Positions 47,973 through 58,480 of a DNA stretch of 64,000 bases are shown one piece after another (the first letter of the stretch is position 1; every line of letters begins with the position of its first letter). This stretch comes from a virus, in the IMG/VR virus record IMGVR_UViG_3300037107_000081, positions 11,034 through 75,033 of that record, one strand, 5' to 3'. Below the pieces are notes generated by a model. The model was not told the origin of the DNA, ran no database searches, and saw nothing but the letters and a program-made list of their open reading frames with translations. The translations under genes and the position numbers were made by a program.

Positions 47973-48102
47973 TTTAATAAACTACTACTACTAATGTATT
48001 TAATTTGTAAGGTGTCTTGATTACCTAAATATCAAGGGAAAGTAAGACCAAGATGTAAGACAATAAAAGCACTAAATAAATAAGTGCAATAGGATATAAT
48101 AT

Positions 48103-48810
48103 ATGGCATTAGAACTTGTACAGCCTGGCATTCAACCGCTAGGTCAATTTGATGGCGCGGATGCTATCTATCTAACTGTAAAAGGTGGAGAAGTTGCAAC
48201 AATCAAAGCCGCAGTAGCTACCTCCGCTACCGACGAAGCCGCAGCAGATGTTTTCAATGATGGCTATGTGCTTGCTTCCGGCGTAAAACAACGTCCAGTC
48301 GCAACAACCGTCCTCGCAAACGGTAACCGTCCCCTTATGTTGGTGGATGACGGTATCTTTGGTTACGGAACTTTGTTTGGTTCAGTGATCGGTGGAATTG
48401 CTGGTCAGATTGCTTACGGCGTCAACCAGGCATCTGCTACTCAACTAGGCCCACACACTGCAGCAGGATCGGGTAAGCTTACTCTGTGGGATAAGTCAGG
48501 TACATATGCTGTGACATTGGATGCGGTTCATACAGACGTGACTGCTGGTTTGGTTCCTACTAACCCAACATTGACGATTGGTGCTGCTCTTTATGCAACA
48601 ACTAAAGGCCTCTTAACTCCAACTAGCGGAAATGCCTTCGAAGCAATTCGTCTTGGCTCTTTCCTTAACTTCGAAGCTTATAAGGGCGGAAGCTTGGTTA
48701 CGACTCCGGTCAGCCTTGTCTCTGCTTCTAAGAGCCCAGTTGGCGTTGGTCAGCCTCAGACTAGTGCAATGGCCCGTGCGTTGATTTACTTCGCTCCTCC
48801 AACCACATAA
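48103..48810 (+). CDS. Capsid decoration/minor capsid protein
   Basis: Immediately upstream of the MCP gene; AAGSGKLTLW...G.Y...G..LY....G.LT shared with the 39840 family. Confidence 0.65.
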   Translation: MALELVQPGIQPLGQFDGADAIYLTVKGGEVATIKAAVATSATDEAAADVFNDGYVLASGVKQRPVATTVLANGNRPLMLVDDGIFGYGTLFGSVIGGIAGQIAYGVNQASATQLGPHTAAGSGKLTLWDKSGTYAVTLDAVHTDVTAGLVPTNPTLTIGAALYATTKGLLTPTSGNAFEAIRLGSFLNFEAYKGGSLVTTPVSLVSASKSPVGVGQPQTSAMARALIYFAPPTT

Positions 48811-48824
48811 TCGTGAATATAGAT

Positions 48825-48850
48825 TCTGGAGATGCTTTCGTGTCTCCAGA
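48825..48850 (+). other. Stable hairpin between the decoration and MCP genes
   Basis: TCTGGAGATGC-TTTC-GTGTCTCCAGA. Confidence 0.65.
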
Positions 48851-48908
48851 TTCACTAGCTGTTGATGGATTTTGGCAGCTTATAAACAGTAAACCTTAGG
48901 AGATATTT

Positions 48909-49919
48909 ATGTCTTTATTTGATACCCATGGTGGTATGAATGCTTCGTCTGTAAGAGACGCATTGAATACGTTAGTTAAATACGCAGCGATCATAGAAGA
49001 AGGTCAGCCCTCGAATATGGCGCTATCAGGTCAACCAAGCCTGAATGATGAGAAACGAGATGAGCTTATCGCCAGAGCAATTATGACCCAGGAAGGGAAG
49101 CTTGCTCTTGCTCAGGCTATGGCAAACCCAATTCGTAGAAACCTTGATTATCAGGGAATTGCACGTCGTCTGTTGGTCGTAGATCCACTTCCACAAGGAG
49201 TAGATCCGAAGTATGAGCGTGATATCGATGTCGCAGCTACCGTTATTTCCAGCAATGGTACCGGTGGTGAAAGCCGCGTGTTCGGTGATCGTATCGTAAT
49301 TCCTACCTTCGAACTTTACTCGAACCCAACCGTTCGCATTTCAGAAGTTCGTCGTCGTAGATTCAACGTGATTGATCGTGCGGTCCAGAAGGCACGTCAA
49401 GAAATAATGGCCCAGGAAGATGCCAACATTTTCGCAGCCATTGATGCAGCTTCAACTGTTGAGAATGCCGCTCAGGATATTACTGATGGTGGAATGCTTA
49501 AGAGAGACTTGGTCGATATTAAGGTCCAGATTGATCGTTGGGACCTGGTAACGACAAAGTATTTCATGAATATCAATGAGTTTACTGATATTCTTAACTG
49601 GGCATCCGGCGGTGGCCAGGGCGCAGGTGGTGGAGAAATTGATCCAGTTACACAGCGCGAAATTCTCCAGACCGGTCTCTATGCTCACATTTGGGGCGCG
49701 GACATTATGGTGTCAAAGATTGTTCCACCAGGAACCGTTTATGGAGCGGCCGATCCAGAGTTTGTAGGTGTTTTGCCCATAAGACAAGACATCGAGGTAA
49801 TTCCGGCCGATGAGCCGAAGCAACTCAAATTGGGTTGGGTTGTGAGTGAAGAAATCGGCATTGGTATCGTGAATCCACGAGCCGTTGCTGTATCGCGCAA
49901 GTCAACGATTGTTCAATAA
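48909..49919 (+). CDS. Major capsid protein (HK97 fold)
   Basis: LAQAMANPIRRNLDYQGIARRLLVVDPLPQG, FEL.SNP.V, QEDANIF, IWGADI..SK.VP.G, GWV..E.IG....NPRAV; strong RBS and downstream terminator. Confidence 0.85.
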   Translation: MSLFDTHGGMNASSVRDALNTLVKYAAIIEEGQPSNMALSGQPSLNDEKRDELIARAIMTQEGKLALAQAMANPIRRNLDYQGIARRLLVVDPLPQGVDPKYERDIDVAATVISSNGTGGESRVFGDRIVIPTFELYSNPTVRISEVRRRRFNVIDRAVQKARQEIMAQEDANIFAAIDAASTVENAAQDITDGGMLKRDLVDIKVQIDRWDLVTTKYFMNINEFTDILNWASGGGQGAGGGEIDPVTQREILQTGLYAHIWGADIMVSKIVPPGTVYGAADPEFVGVLPIRQDIEVIPADEPKQLKLGWVVSEEIGIGIVNPRAVAVSRKSTIVQ

Positions 49920-49944
49920 TAGCTAAAAAACAGCTAGTTTTGAT

Positions 49945-49976
49945 AAAGGTCAGGTATTCGGTTACCTGGCCTTTTT
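49945..49976 (+). terminator. Intrinsic terminator
   Basis: AAAGGTCAGGTA-loop-TACCTGGCCTTTTT. Confidence 0.8.
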
Positions 49977-50098
49977 CATTTAAACATAATTTTCGATATA
50001 TTATTTCATAATTAAAGTTTTTGTCGAGAACCTGCTACTGAACCGATATATTAATTAGTACATGCAATGAGCCTGTACATTAATATTAGGAGTTAGTT

Positions 50099-52027
50099 GT
50101 GAATAATAAAATAATAGAGTTATATGAATCTGGAAAATCAAGTTATGAGGTTAGCAAATTAACTGGTGTTTCTGCTACTCAAGTGCGTCGAATATTAAAT
50201 AAATATTCTGTAAAAATGAAAGATAATAAGACGCCAGATAAAATTGAAGATCAAATAATTGAGAGATATACAAACGGAGAATCATCAGAAAAAATATCTG
50301 CTGATCTTGGGATTAATGGAACAACCGTTTGTAGAATATTAAAAAGACGTGGTATTGATCTTAGGTCTCCAAGTCAAAGGCATCGTATATTACCATTATT
50401 TGAAGATTACCTTGATAATATGGATACTGAGGAAAAAGCATATTTTCTTGGGTTTATGTATGCTGATGGAAATGTTAGCTCTTCAATGGGAGCCTTTTCG
50501 TTAACTTTACATAATAAAGATATAGAAATATTACAAAGGTTTTCTAATTTGTTTTATGGTGAAGATAGAACTGTTTCAAGAAAAGAGCCATATGTTACAT
50601 TATCTATTTATAGTCTTCATATGAAAGAAAAACTTATTAGTTATGGTTGTATGCCAAATAAAACATTTAAAACAAAGATGCCTACGTTTTTGCGACAAGA
50701 TTTAGTTAGGCATTTTATTCGTGGTTTATATGATGGTGATGGTTGTATTTCTACGTCAAGTAATATGATTAGGGTAATATTAACTGGAAGCTTAACATTT
50801 CTTGAAGAAGTTAAAGATGCTATATTGTCTTATAAACCAAGTATACAACCCATTATAAGATTAACCAAACATAAAACAAATGTTGCAGATATGGTTATGG
50901 GAAAACAAGCTGATTGTGTTGATTTTCTTAATTGGATTTATCAAGATGCAACAATATATCTTAGTAGAAAGTATATATCATATCATAGCGTTTTGGAATT
51001 GTGTAAGCCTCCAAAAAATTACGGATCAACAAATATAGTATCATATAATGGACAAAAACTAACTAGTGAGTTTGTATCATCTATACCTGTTGCTGAACGT
51101 GAAAATATAGCACAATATTTACTAAGTTATTTTAGACGTCAAGGTTTTCCATATCAAACATTTTATAAAGTAGAAATGGAAGAAGATTTTAATAAGCTAT
51201 GTAATCTTGAAATTAAAATAGAAAGTGAAATAAAAACACTACCAGAATGTGGACTTAAAGCATTCAAACATTTTTGCCCACATTTTCATGAAGTTAAAAA
51301 TAATAAAATGTTAAGTATGGTTGAAGTATTTAATGATGATGGTTTGTTAATGGATGTGATTAGAAATCGTTTAGGAATTACTTATAAAGAAACGTTTAAT
51401 ATTACGGGAAATATGATTAGGCAGGGCATTAGAAATTCTAGAAGTGGTTTTGCAGCCAGTCTATTTAAACCATCTTTAGCTAAGGGTGTATATGATAAAT
51501 TTGTACCTGATAATGGTGTTGTATTAGATATATCTGCTGGGTTTGGGCAAAGAATGTTAGGGGCAATGGCTAGTAAAAAGGTTAGTAAATATATTGGTAT
51601 TGATCCTTGGGATAAGCAAATAGAGGCACTTTCTAAAATAAAAGAATTCTTTAATTCTGATAAGGTAGAGTTGCACTGTGCTGGTTCTGAGAATTTTTAT
51701 TTGCCAGAAAACTCTATTGATTTTTGTTTTTCATCACCACCATTCTTTGATAAGGAAATTTATACCGGTGATGTAAATCAAGCATGTCATAATCGTAGTT
51801 TTTCTGAATTTATTGAGGATTGGTGGGTTCCAACTGCTACCATGGTATATAAATCATTAAAGCCAAATTCATTATTTGTATTAAATATGAATTTATCAAT
51901 GGCTAAAATAATGATTGAAAGAGTAGAAAAGTTATTTAAGGAAATTGATCAGTTTTATATTTCTTATTTAAGGAATTATATTTCTTCAGAAGGTAAAGAT
52001 ACTTTTTTTGTTTTGAAGAAGATTTAA
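50099..52027 (+). CDS. HTH + LAGLIDADG homing-endonuclease domain fused to an amino-DNA methyltransferase
   Basis: Two HTHs; YFLGFMYADG and FIRGLYDGDG; then FKPS.AK, DISAGFGQR (motif I), YIGIDP, FSSPPFF..E.Y (motif IV). Confidence 0.8.
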   Translation: MNNKIIELYESGKSSYEVSKLTGVSATQVRRILNKYSVKMKDNKTPDKIEDQIIERYTNGESSEKISADLGINGTTVCRILKRRGIDLRSPSQRHRILPLFEDYLDNMDTEEKAYFLGFMYADGNVSSSMGAFSLTLHNKDIEILQRFSNLFYGEDRTVSRKEPYVTLSIYSLHMKEKLISYGCMPNKTFKTKMPTFLRQDLVRHFIRGLYDGDGCISTSSNMIRVILTGSLTFLEEVKDAILSYKPSIQPIIRLTKHKTNVADMVMGKQADCVDFLNWIYQDATIYLSRKYISYHSVLELCKPPKNYGSTNIVSYNGQKLTSEFVSSIPVAERENIAQYLLSYFRRQGFPYQTFYKVEMEEDFNKLCNLEIKIESEIKTLPECGLKAFKHFCPHFHEVKNNKMLSMVEVFNDDGLLMDVIRNRLGITYKETFNITGNMIRQGIRNSRSGFAASLFKPSLAKGVYDKFVPDNGVVLDISAGFGQRMLGAMASKKVSKYIGIDPWDKQIEALSKIKEFFNSDKVELHCAGSENFYLPENSIDFCFSSPPFFDKEIYTGDVNQACHNRSFSEFIEDWWVPTATMVYKSLKPNSLFVLNMNLSMAKIMIERVEKLFKEIDQFYISYLRNYISSEGKDTFFVLKKI

Positions 52028-52049
52028 TAAAATAATCCTCCAAACAAAT

Positions 52050-52075
52050 AGCCTGGCTTAACCGCCGGGCTTTTT
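52050..52075 (+). terminator. Intrinsic terminator
   Basis: AGCCTGGC-loop-GCCGGGCTTTTT. Confidence 0.75.
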
Positions 52076-52105
52076 CATTTAAAATTGCTTGATATATACT
52101 TATGC

Positions 52106-53359
52106 ATGAAGTTTAGATTCCATATTTTAGGACACCCGCATACCGCAGTAAATGATGATTATTGTGGTTGTGCCTATACGCAAAAGCACAAAAAATTTAT
52201 TAAAATGATGGCTTCCCGCGGCCACGAAATAATCCTTTATGCTAACGAAGGGTCTATAGTTCCTCCTGGTGTGGAATTCGTACAAATATTTACTGAAGCT
52301 GAGCGGGCGTCATGGTTTGGTACTCATGATAGGCAAAAGCAATACGATCTTCAATGGGATGGCAACGTTGATTATTGGCGGCTGTTTAATGAACGGGCGG
52401 CACCTGAGGTATTAAAACGTGCTCGTAAGGGTGATTTTATACTCACATTATCTGGTGAAAATTGCAATACGTATGTAGGCGATCAATTCCCTGGGTCATA
52501 TGGAGGGATAGCATCGAAGGTAATGTATGTAGAGTATGGAATTGGGTATTATGGAACTGTTTCAAGGTATCGTGTGTACGAGAGCAACACACATCGGGAG
52601 TGGCAAAAAGGTGCTGTTGATTGTAAGGGTGAAGATAATCTTGATGCTGTTATTTACAATTATTTTGATCTTGACGAATTTAAGATGCCCGCTATACGAG
52701 ATTCGCGAATACCCACTGATCCTTATTATTTATTTATAGGGCGATTGAATACAGATAAAGGATATAATATTGCAATTGATGTTACTAGGGATATAGGGGC
52801 TAAGCTTATAATAGCGGGGCAGGGTAATATAGGTGAGGTTCCTTCTCATGTAACATTGTGGGGGCATGCAACTATCAAGGAGCGGGCTGAATTAATGGGT
52901 AATGCGATAGCTACATTTACGCCCACTCATTATAGGGAGCCATTTGGGGGTACGGCTACAGAGACACAGTTAAGTGGAGGAGAGCGTGGTGGTACTCCGG
53001 CAATTTCGACAGACCACGGGGCATTTTGTGAGACAGTTGAACGAAGGTGGAGATGCGCAAGCCATAGGGAATTTTGTATGGCTGCATTGGCTGCTCAGAA
53101 ATTAAGTTTAGAGGAAAGGCTAGCAATTAAAAAGCGTGCTGAATCATTATTTTCATTGGAAGCAATAGCACCACAGTACGAGCGATATTTTTTCAGATTA
53201 ATGACATTGTGGAAAGCTGGTTGGTATGAGATGAGTGATCCGGATGATTATGATACATTCGAAGATTTTATGGAAGGCAAGAAGACAGTAAGGGGAGTTA
53301 TTGGATCATCTCTACCAATGATTACGCCTGCTGGTTTGAATGGACCTGGTGAACCTTAA
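52106..53359 (+). CDS. Glycosyltransferase, GT-B/GT4-like
   Basis: GHE..LY, LFIGRL..DKG, AGQG, EPFGG...E, GTPAISTD.GAF.ETV. Confidence 0.85.
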   Translation: MKFRFHILGHPHTAVNDDYCGCAYTQKHKKFIKMMASRGHEIILYANEGSIVPPGVEFVQIFTEAERASWFGTHDRQKQYDLQWDGNVDYWRLFNERAAPEVLKRARKGDFILTLSGENCNTYVGDQFPGSYGGIASKVMYVEYGIGYYGTVSRYRVYESNTHREWQKGAVDCKGEDNLDAVIYNYFDLDEFKMPAIRDSRIPTDPYYLFIGRLNTDKGYNIAIDVTRDIGAKLIIAGQGNIGEVPSHVTLWGHATIKERAELMGNAIATFTPTHYREPFGGTATETQLSGGERGGTPAISTDHGAFCETVERRWRCASHREFCMAALAAQKLSLEERLAIKKRAESLFSLEAIAPQYERYFFRLMTLWKAGWYEMSDPDDYDTFEDFMEGKKTVRGVIGSSLPMITPAGLNGPGEP

Positions 53360-53380
53360 GTTTTACTTGATCCGTTTGAA

Positions 53381-53532
53381 TATACATTGATTGTTTATTA
53401 ATATTTTTACCAGAAGAATATATTTATTTTTGGCGGTAATGACCAAGATGTATTTACCAGAAGAGATGTTTGTTGGGCGGCTAAATATATAAAAATTCTC
53501 TGGTAAAAACAATAAGATGACCAAAGTGTATT
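53381..53532. promoter_or_regulatory. Back-to-back pair of the bipartite motif plus partial copies
   Basis: Minus copy: CTGGTAAAA 53413-53405, N18, TGTATA. Plus copy: 53500-53508, N18, TGTATT. Partial GACCAAGATGTAT/TTTACCAG at about 53441-53460. Confidence 0.65.
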
Positions 53533-53621
53533 AAGGTTGTTATCGAAAAAAGATTTTGTTTATTTTGGGCGGATAAACAATAGATATGGATAATTAAGCA
53601 TCTATCCAGGAGTAGAGCTTA

Positions 53622-54533
53622 ATGGATTCATTTTTTATTCGCGAAAGCCTGCATTTCCCTGATTTGGCTTCAATGGGTGCAATAAAAGCCGTTAATCCTG
53701 GTTTTATTGCATGGGCTGATGGTTTTGGGAGATATACAGCAGTACCAGCGGGAACCTTTGGAATTCCTGATGGGCTTCATGTTGTTGCGGGTCAGAATGG
53801 AGTTCAATGGGCGGATGAATCAAAGTTTGCGGCAGTTGGAGGATCTGTTCCTTTACTTTCTCCTGAACAAGTAATTATTGGTTCTGGTGGTGGTAATGTT
53901 GCTAGACAATTAACTTTTGATGATATTGCTCCTGCTTTTGGTATTACAGCGTTTACATTATCCGGAACAAATGTCGCTCCGGTTGTTGAAGTTGGAGCTA
54001 CGTTAAGTTCAATTTCAGCAAGCGCAGCATATACAAGCATACCAGGATCAGGAAATATAACAGATACAACTTCTGGTGTGTGGACATTTAATAGCCCATT
54101 CTTTTCTGGAACACGTGCAGGAACCGTTCACAAAACTGCGTTGAATGATTCTTGGACGGCTACGCTGAATGTTACTGGGGCTACTAATAAAACAAGTACA
54201 TATATAGTTAGTTGGCAGGCTAGAATTTATCATGGGCCTTCGGTAGCTGGTGTTTATAGTGCAGCATTTATTACAGCATTAGCAAATAATAATTTACAAG
54301 CATTTAGAGCTACAACATTTACAGATAACGCTGGTGTAAATCAATTATTATTCTATGCATTTCCTACAGCTTATGGAACACCTAGTTTTAATATAGGTGG
54401 TTTTACATATCCAGGAACTAAGCTGGGCTCTGCTATTCCTGTTACAAATGCAAATTCTGTAGTTATAAATTATGATCTTTGGGTTCCGGTTCTTACTACT
54501 GGATTGGGCCTAACAACAGTGACGGTGAGTTAA
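53622..54533 (+). CDS. Putative fibre/virion surface protein
   Basis: Beta/Thr-rich; paralog of 58477 ([24 protein letters not shown]). Confidence 0.65.
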   Translation: MDSFFIRESLHFPDLASMGAIKAVNPGFIAWADGFGRYTAVPAGTFGIPDGLHVVAGQNGVQWADESKFAAVGGSVPLLSPEQVIIGSGGGNVARQLTFDDIAPAFGITAFTLSGTNVAPVVEVGATLSSISASAAYTSIPGSGNITDTTSGVWTFNSPFFSGTRAGTVHKTALNDSWTATLNVTGATNKTSTYIVSWQARIYHGPSVAGVYSAAFITALANNNLQAFRATTFTDNAGVNQLLFYAFPTAYGTPSFNIGGFTYPGTKLGSAIPVTNANSVVINYDLWVPVLTTGLGLTTVTVS

Positions 54534-57500
54534 TGCCTACTATTGCCGATAAGTTACTTCGCCAAAATAATGCGGCTTTTCCTATTTCTGACAGGAAGGA
54601 TATTGTTGGTGCGCCTCAGATGGTTGCTACTGCTGCTAATCTTACTGACGGAACTATTCCTGCGTACATTAGAGAACAAGGAATGCAGGCTACTTGTTTA
54701 GATACAGGTATTATTCATGTGTTGGGTGCTGATTTAGAAACATGGGGTGTAATAACTGGAACTGTAGGTGCAACCGGAGCAAGTGGAGCGACTGGTGCGG
54801 TTGGTGTGACTGGTGCAAGTGGTGCGGCAGGTGCAAGTGGTGTTACTGGGGCGACTGGTGCAACAGGTCCAATTGGTTTGGTGGGTGCAACAGGTCCTAG
54901 AGCAGCAACAGGAGCAACAGGACCGCAAGGTGATATTGGAGCAACCGGAGCTAGTGGTGTAGGAGCAACTGGAGCAAGTGGTTCTCAAGGTGGTATTGGT
55001 ATAACAGGTGCAACTGGTCCAAGTGGTGTTGCAGGATCGCCTGGTGGAGCAACCGGAGCAACTGGAGCATCTGGCCCTGCAGGATCACCTGGTGGAGCTA
55101 CTGGGCCTACTGGTGCAATTGGAGCAACGGGAGCTGATGGATATCAAGGGGCAACCGGAGCAACGGGATTTGGGGTTACAGGTGTTACAGGTGCGACAGG
55201 TGCAAGTGGTGTTGCTGGTTTTCCTGGATTACAAGGGGCAACTGGGGCGAGTGGTGCGTCTGGTGTTGCTGGAGTTGTTGGTGCGACTGGTGCAAGTGGT
55301 GTTGTTGGTATAACAGGATCAACTGGAGCAACCGGTAATATAGGATCAACAGGGGCAACTGGCGTTGGTATAACTGGTGCGACTGGGGCTATTGGTGCAA
55401 CCGGAGCTACTGGTGTTGTTGGTGCTACTGGTGTTGGTGCGACTGGTGCTACTGGTGCTGGGGCAACTGGTGCTACTGGACCTATTGGAACTCCTGGTGC
55501 AAGCGGATCAATTGGTTTACAAGGACCGACTGGAGCAACTGGTATTCAGGGGGCTACTGGTTCTAGTGGAGCAACGGGGGCGACCGGATTTGGGGCTACT
55601 GGTGCAACTGGAGTTGTTGGATCGGTTGGTGCTACTGGTGCTAGTGGTGTAGGATCAACTGGAGCTACTGGTGCTGGAGTAACTGGTGCTACTGGTGCTT
55701 TGGGAGCAACTGGCGCTACTGGACCTCAAGGCGATCCTGGTGGAGCAACCGGGGCGACCGGAGCATCTGGACCTGCTGGATCACCTGGTGGAGCTACTGG
55801 ACCTACTGGAGCGACAGGTGCTAGTGGTCCAAGTGTATTTAGTCCTCATCGTGCAATTTATGTTGATGGATATGCGCCAGGTGGTGGAAATGGAAGTATA
55901 AGTACTCCATTTAATACAATAGCTGCTGCTGTTGCGGTATCTTCTACTGATACGGTTTTTGTTATTTCTGATGGTTATTATACCGAAAATGTTACTCTTA
56001 TACAAAACCAGTCTATTATTGCAAGAACAAAAACTGACAGTCAAAATACATATGATACTGGTTGGGCTTGTTGGCCAATTGTAATTAATGGAAATATATC
56101 AATAACAATTACTGCAACTAATCAGCTTGTTGCAATTAATGATGTAGCCGCTTTAGATATTAATATTAATTGTATACCAGACACACAACAACATTGTTCG
56201 ATACAATTAAATGGTTGTTGGGTACGTGATATTACTAGCACTAATAAAGTTAATGTTAGAGTTAATGGTAACGGTGCTTTAACTGGTAACTCAAATTCGA
56301 ATGTAAGAGGTTTTCTTGGTGGTGGTGTTGATCTTGAAATGTATGGATCATATTGGGGTTATGAGATAGATGGAACTTACGTTAAATATACATCTTCATT
56401 GTATGCTTTTCAAGCTTTATCGTCTTATATTTTAGCTAGTAGTATTCCAAGCCACATATTGTGTAATGTTTCTAATTTTTCTTCAGTTATTGACACAACC
56501 ATATTTGGCAATGCTGTAATTAATTTTACTGCATCAAATAAATCATTTTATATGTATGGTGTGTCGTGGTGTACTGGCAATATAAATGTTACTGGTACAA
56601 ATTGTTTTTTGGGTATTGCACCAAGCACAACAAGTACATTAGTAGACGGCGCACTTAATATGGTAGTTGCTACTGGTGGTGCTTATAATGGTACGTTTAA
56701 TACTTTGGGTTTCTTTAATAAAACCAGTAACCCAATTGCACAACCAGTAGTAACAGGATCTACGGCTAATGGATCTGCTGTTACCAATTTATTATCTGCA
56801 TTAAATAATCTTGGACTTATTGCAAATAGTACAGACGGATATGCTACGGGTGTTACCAATTTAGCTTCGCTTGGATCATTGAGTGGGGCTGTGGTTGGCG
56901 CCGCTGCTTATGTAGATACTCAGAAGGTATTATATTTTGCGGTACCAACAGGAAAGGGAGATGTAACAGGAATTGGAGTTGATTGGAAGAGAGATGTTGG
57001 TACTAGCTCGCCTACTTGGTTGACGCAGAATACTTGGTATGTTTCATCTTCTGGAAATGATGAGAATGATGGTTATACGTCTATTACACCAATAAAAACC
57101 ACAAATGAAATTAGAAGGCGATGGGGTGGTGGTAGAGCAAAACTTAGTAATTCTGTAACCATTTATCAATTAACATCATTAACTGATCCGATGGTTTTTG
57201 ATGTTGAATTTACATTACCAAGGCTTACGTTATCGATTATTGCAACACCAACATCTTCAACAACGGATACAATTGCTAGTTGGATACCGTTAACTCATGG
57301 TGTATATCCTGGAACCCCAGCTGCTCCGTCAATTTTAACATTAACAACAAATAATACATCTACAATGTCTGGAACTCGTTTGCGTTTTCCTACTGGGACA
57401 ACTGATGCTTATTCTTCTTTTGGAACCTCAAATCCAACATGGGGTGGGAGTGGTGCTAAAACATGTAGTTGTACTGTGCCAAGAAGCGCAAGTGGTGCTT

Positions 57501-58480
57501 CTGGGGTTTTGGCTCCTTCTTTATATGTTCCAATTGCTGGTCATCAGGTTTTTATAGAAACTTTACCAACCATACCATCTTTATGTATTAATATAATCGG
57601 TGATAGTTTGGGTAGTGATTTATCTAACATTACACAATCTTTATACTTAAATGGTCTTCATGTAACTGATGTAGCATCTATTGAAACACACGGAAGTTTA
57701 TGGACAGCTGTTGGGTGTGAATTTGATCAGGATATAGATTTTAGAAATAGTCAAAATGCTTTAGGTGGAACCGTTGCTTGTAGAATGGCAGCTATTGCAA
57801 CAACATCAATTTCACATTACAGTCCTTATGTTAGTTCACCAGCTACTCACGCATTAGAGTTACAATTATCACCTGGCGGAAGAACTTATTGGTGGGATAT
57901 TTTAAGTGAAGGAAGTAAGCTTGAAATTTTCGCTGGTCAATATTTTGTAGTTGATTCTATACAAGTGTTTGGTGCTACAACAAATGGTTTATATTTAGCT
58001 AATAATGCTTCATTAAATATACAAACAGGATTGAGTGCGGCTGGTGGATTATCAGGAAGTGGAAATACAGAAGCTGGGATGCGTATTTATACAGGAGCAA
58101 AATTAACTTATGATGCAAATGTTATATTAAACTTACGAGGGGCCGGATCAGCGCCAGATGTTATTGTTAGAACCAATGTTGCAACAAATTATAGCTGGGC
58201 ACAATTAGCTAACGGATATAATGATGGTGTTTGGGCTGGAACCACTACGCTTGTGGCTGGTACTAAAACAATTACGGTTCCATTTATTCCAAGTAATTCA
58301 ATTATTGGTTTTAATCGCAATACACCAGTTGGAATAATTGGAGATATTTCTGTGCCATCTGGAAGTAGAACAACGACTCAATTTGTTATAAATTCAGATT
58401 CTAGTGGTGATACGTCTACAATAGATTGGTCTGTAACACCGCTAAACAGATTTGATATATTTATTGGAGCTCAGATATGA
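54533..58480 (+). CDS. Collagen-like fibre protein
   Basis: Likely ATG 54533 (TAATG overlap); long G-A-T/G-A-S triplet tract; IYVDG..GNGS..PF.TI and [11 protein letters not shown] motifs. Confidence 0.78.
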   Translation: MPTIADKLLRQNNAAFPISDRKDIVGAPQMVATAANLTDGTIPAYIREQGMQATCLDTGIIHVLGADLETWGVITGTVGATGASGATGAVGVTGASGAAGASGVTGATGATGPIGLVGATGPRAATGATGPQGDIGATGASGVGATGASGSQGGIGITGATGPSGVAGSPGGATGATGASGPAGSPGGATGPTGAIGATGADGYQGATGATGFGVTGVTGATGASGVAGFPGLQGATGASGASGVAGVVGATGASGVVGITGSTGATGNIGSTGATGVGITGATGAIGATGATGVVGATGVGATGATGAGATGATGPIGTPGASGSIGLQGPTGATGIQGATGSSGATGATGFGATGATGVVGSVGATGASGVGSTGATGAGVTGATGALGATGATGPQGDPGGATGATGASGPAGSPGGATGPTGATGASGPSVFSPHRAIYVDGYAPGGGNGSISTPFNTIAAAVAVSSTDTVFVISDGYYTENVTLIQNQSIIARTKTDSQNTYDTGWACWPIVINGNISITITATNQLVAINDVAALDININCIPDTQQHCSIQLNGCWVRDITSTNKVNVRVNGNGALTGNSNSNVRGFLGGGVDLEMYGSYWGYEIDGTYVKYTSSLYAFQALSSYILASSIPSHILCNVSNFSSVIDTTIFGNAVINFTASNKSFYMYGVSWCTGNINVTGTNCFLGIAPSTTSTLVDGALNMVVATGGAYNGTFNTLGFFNKTSNPIAQPVVTGSTANGSAVTNLLSALNNLGLIANSTDGYATGVTNLASLGSLSGAVVGAAAYVDTQKVLYFAVPTGKGDVTGIGVDWKRDVGTSSPTWLTQNTWYVSSSGNDENDGYTSITPIKTTNEIRRRWGGGRAKLSNSVTIYQLTSLTDPMVFDVEFTLPRLTLSIIATPTSSTTDTIASWIPLTHGVYPGTPAAPSILTLTTNNTSTMSGTRLRFPTGTTDAYSSFGTSNPTWGGSGAKTCSCTVPRSASGASGVLAPSLYVPIAGHQVFIETLPTIPSLCINIIGDSLGSDLSNITQSLYLNGLHVTDVASIETHGSLWTAVGCEFDQDIDFRNSQNALGGTVACRMAAIATTSISHYSPYVSSPATHALELQLSPGGRTYWWDILSEGSKLEIFAGQYFVVDSIQVFGATTNGLYLANNASLNIQTGLSAAGGLSGSGNTEAGMRIYTGAKLTYDANVILNLRGAGSAPDVIVRTNVATNYSWAQLANGYNDGVWAGTTTLVAGTKTITVPFIPSNSIIGFNRNTPVGIIGDISVPSGSRTTTQFVINSDSSGDTSTIDWSVTPLNRFDIFIGAQI
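54758..55830 (+). repeat. Gly-X-Y collagen-like repeat (mainly GAT/GAS/GVT)
   Basis: About 350 aa of GXY triplets with occasional GV/GI/GF interruptions. Confidence 0.9.

Noticed and set aside
50099-51000. LAGLIDADG domain as an intein or intron-encoded protein
   Set aside because: No N-terminal C/S or C-terminal HN splice motifs, and MCP ends normally with a terminator before it.
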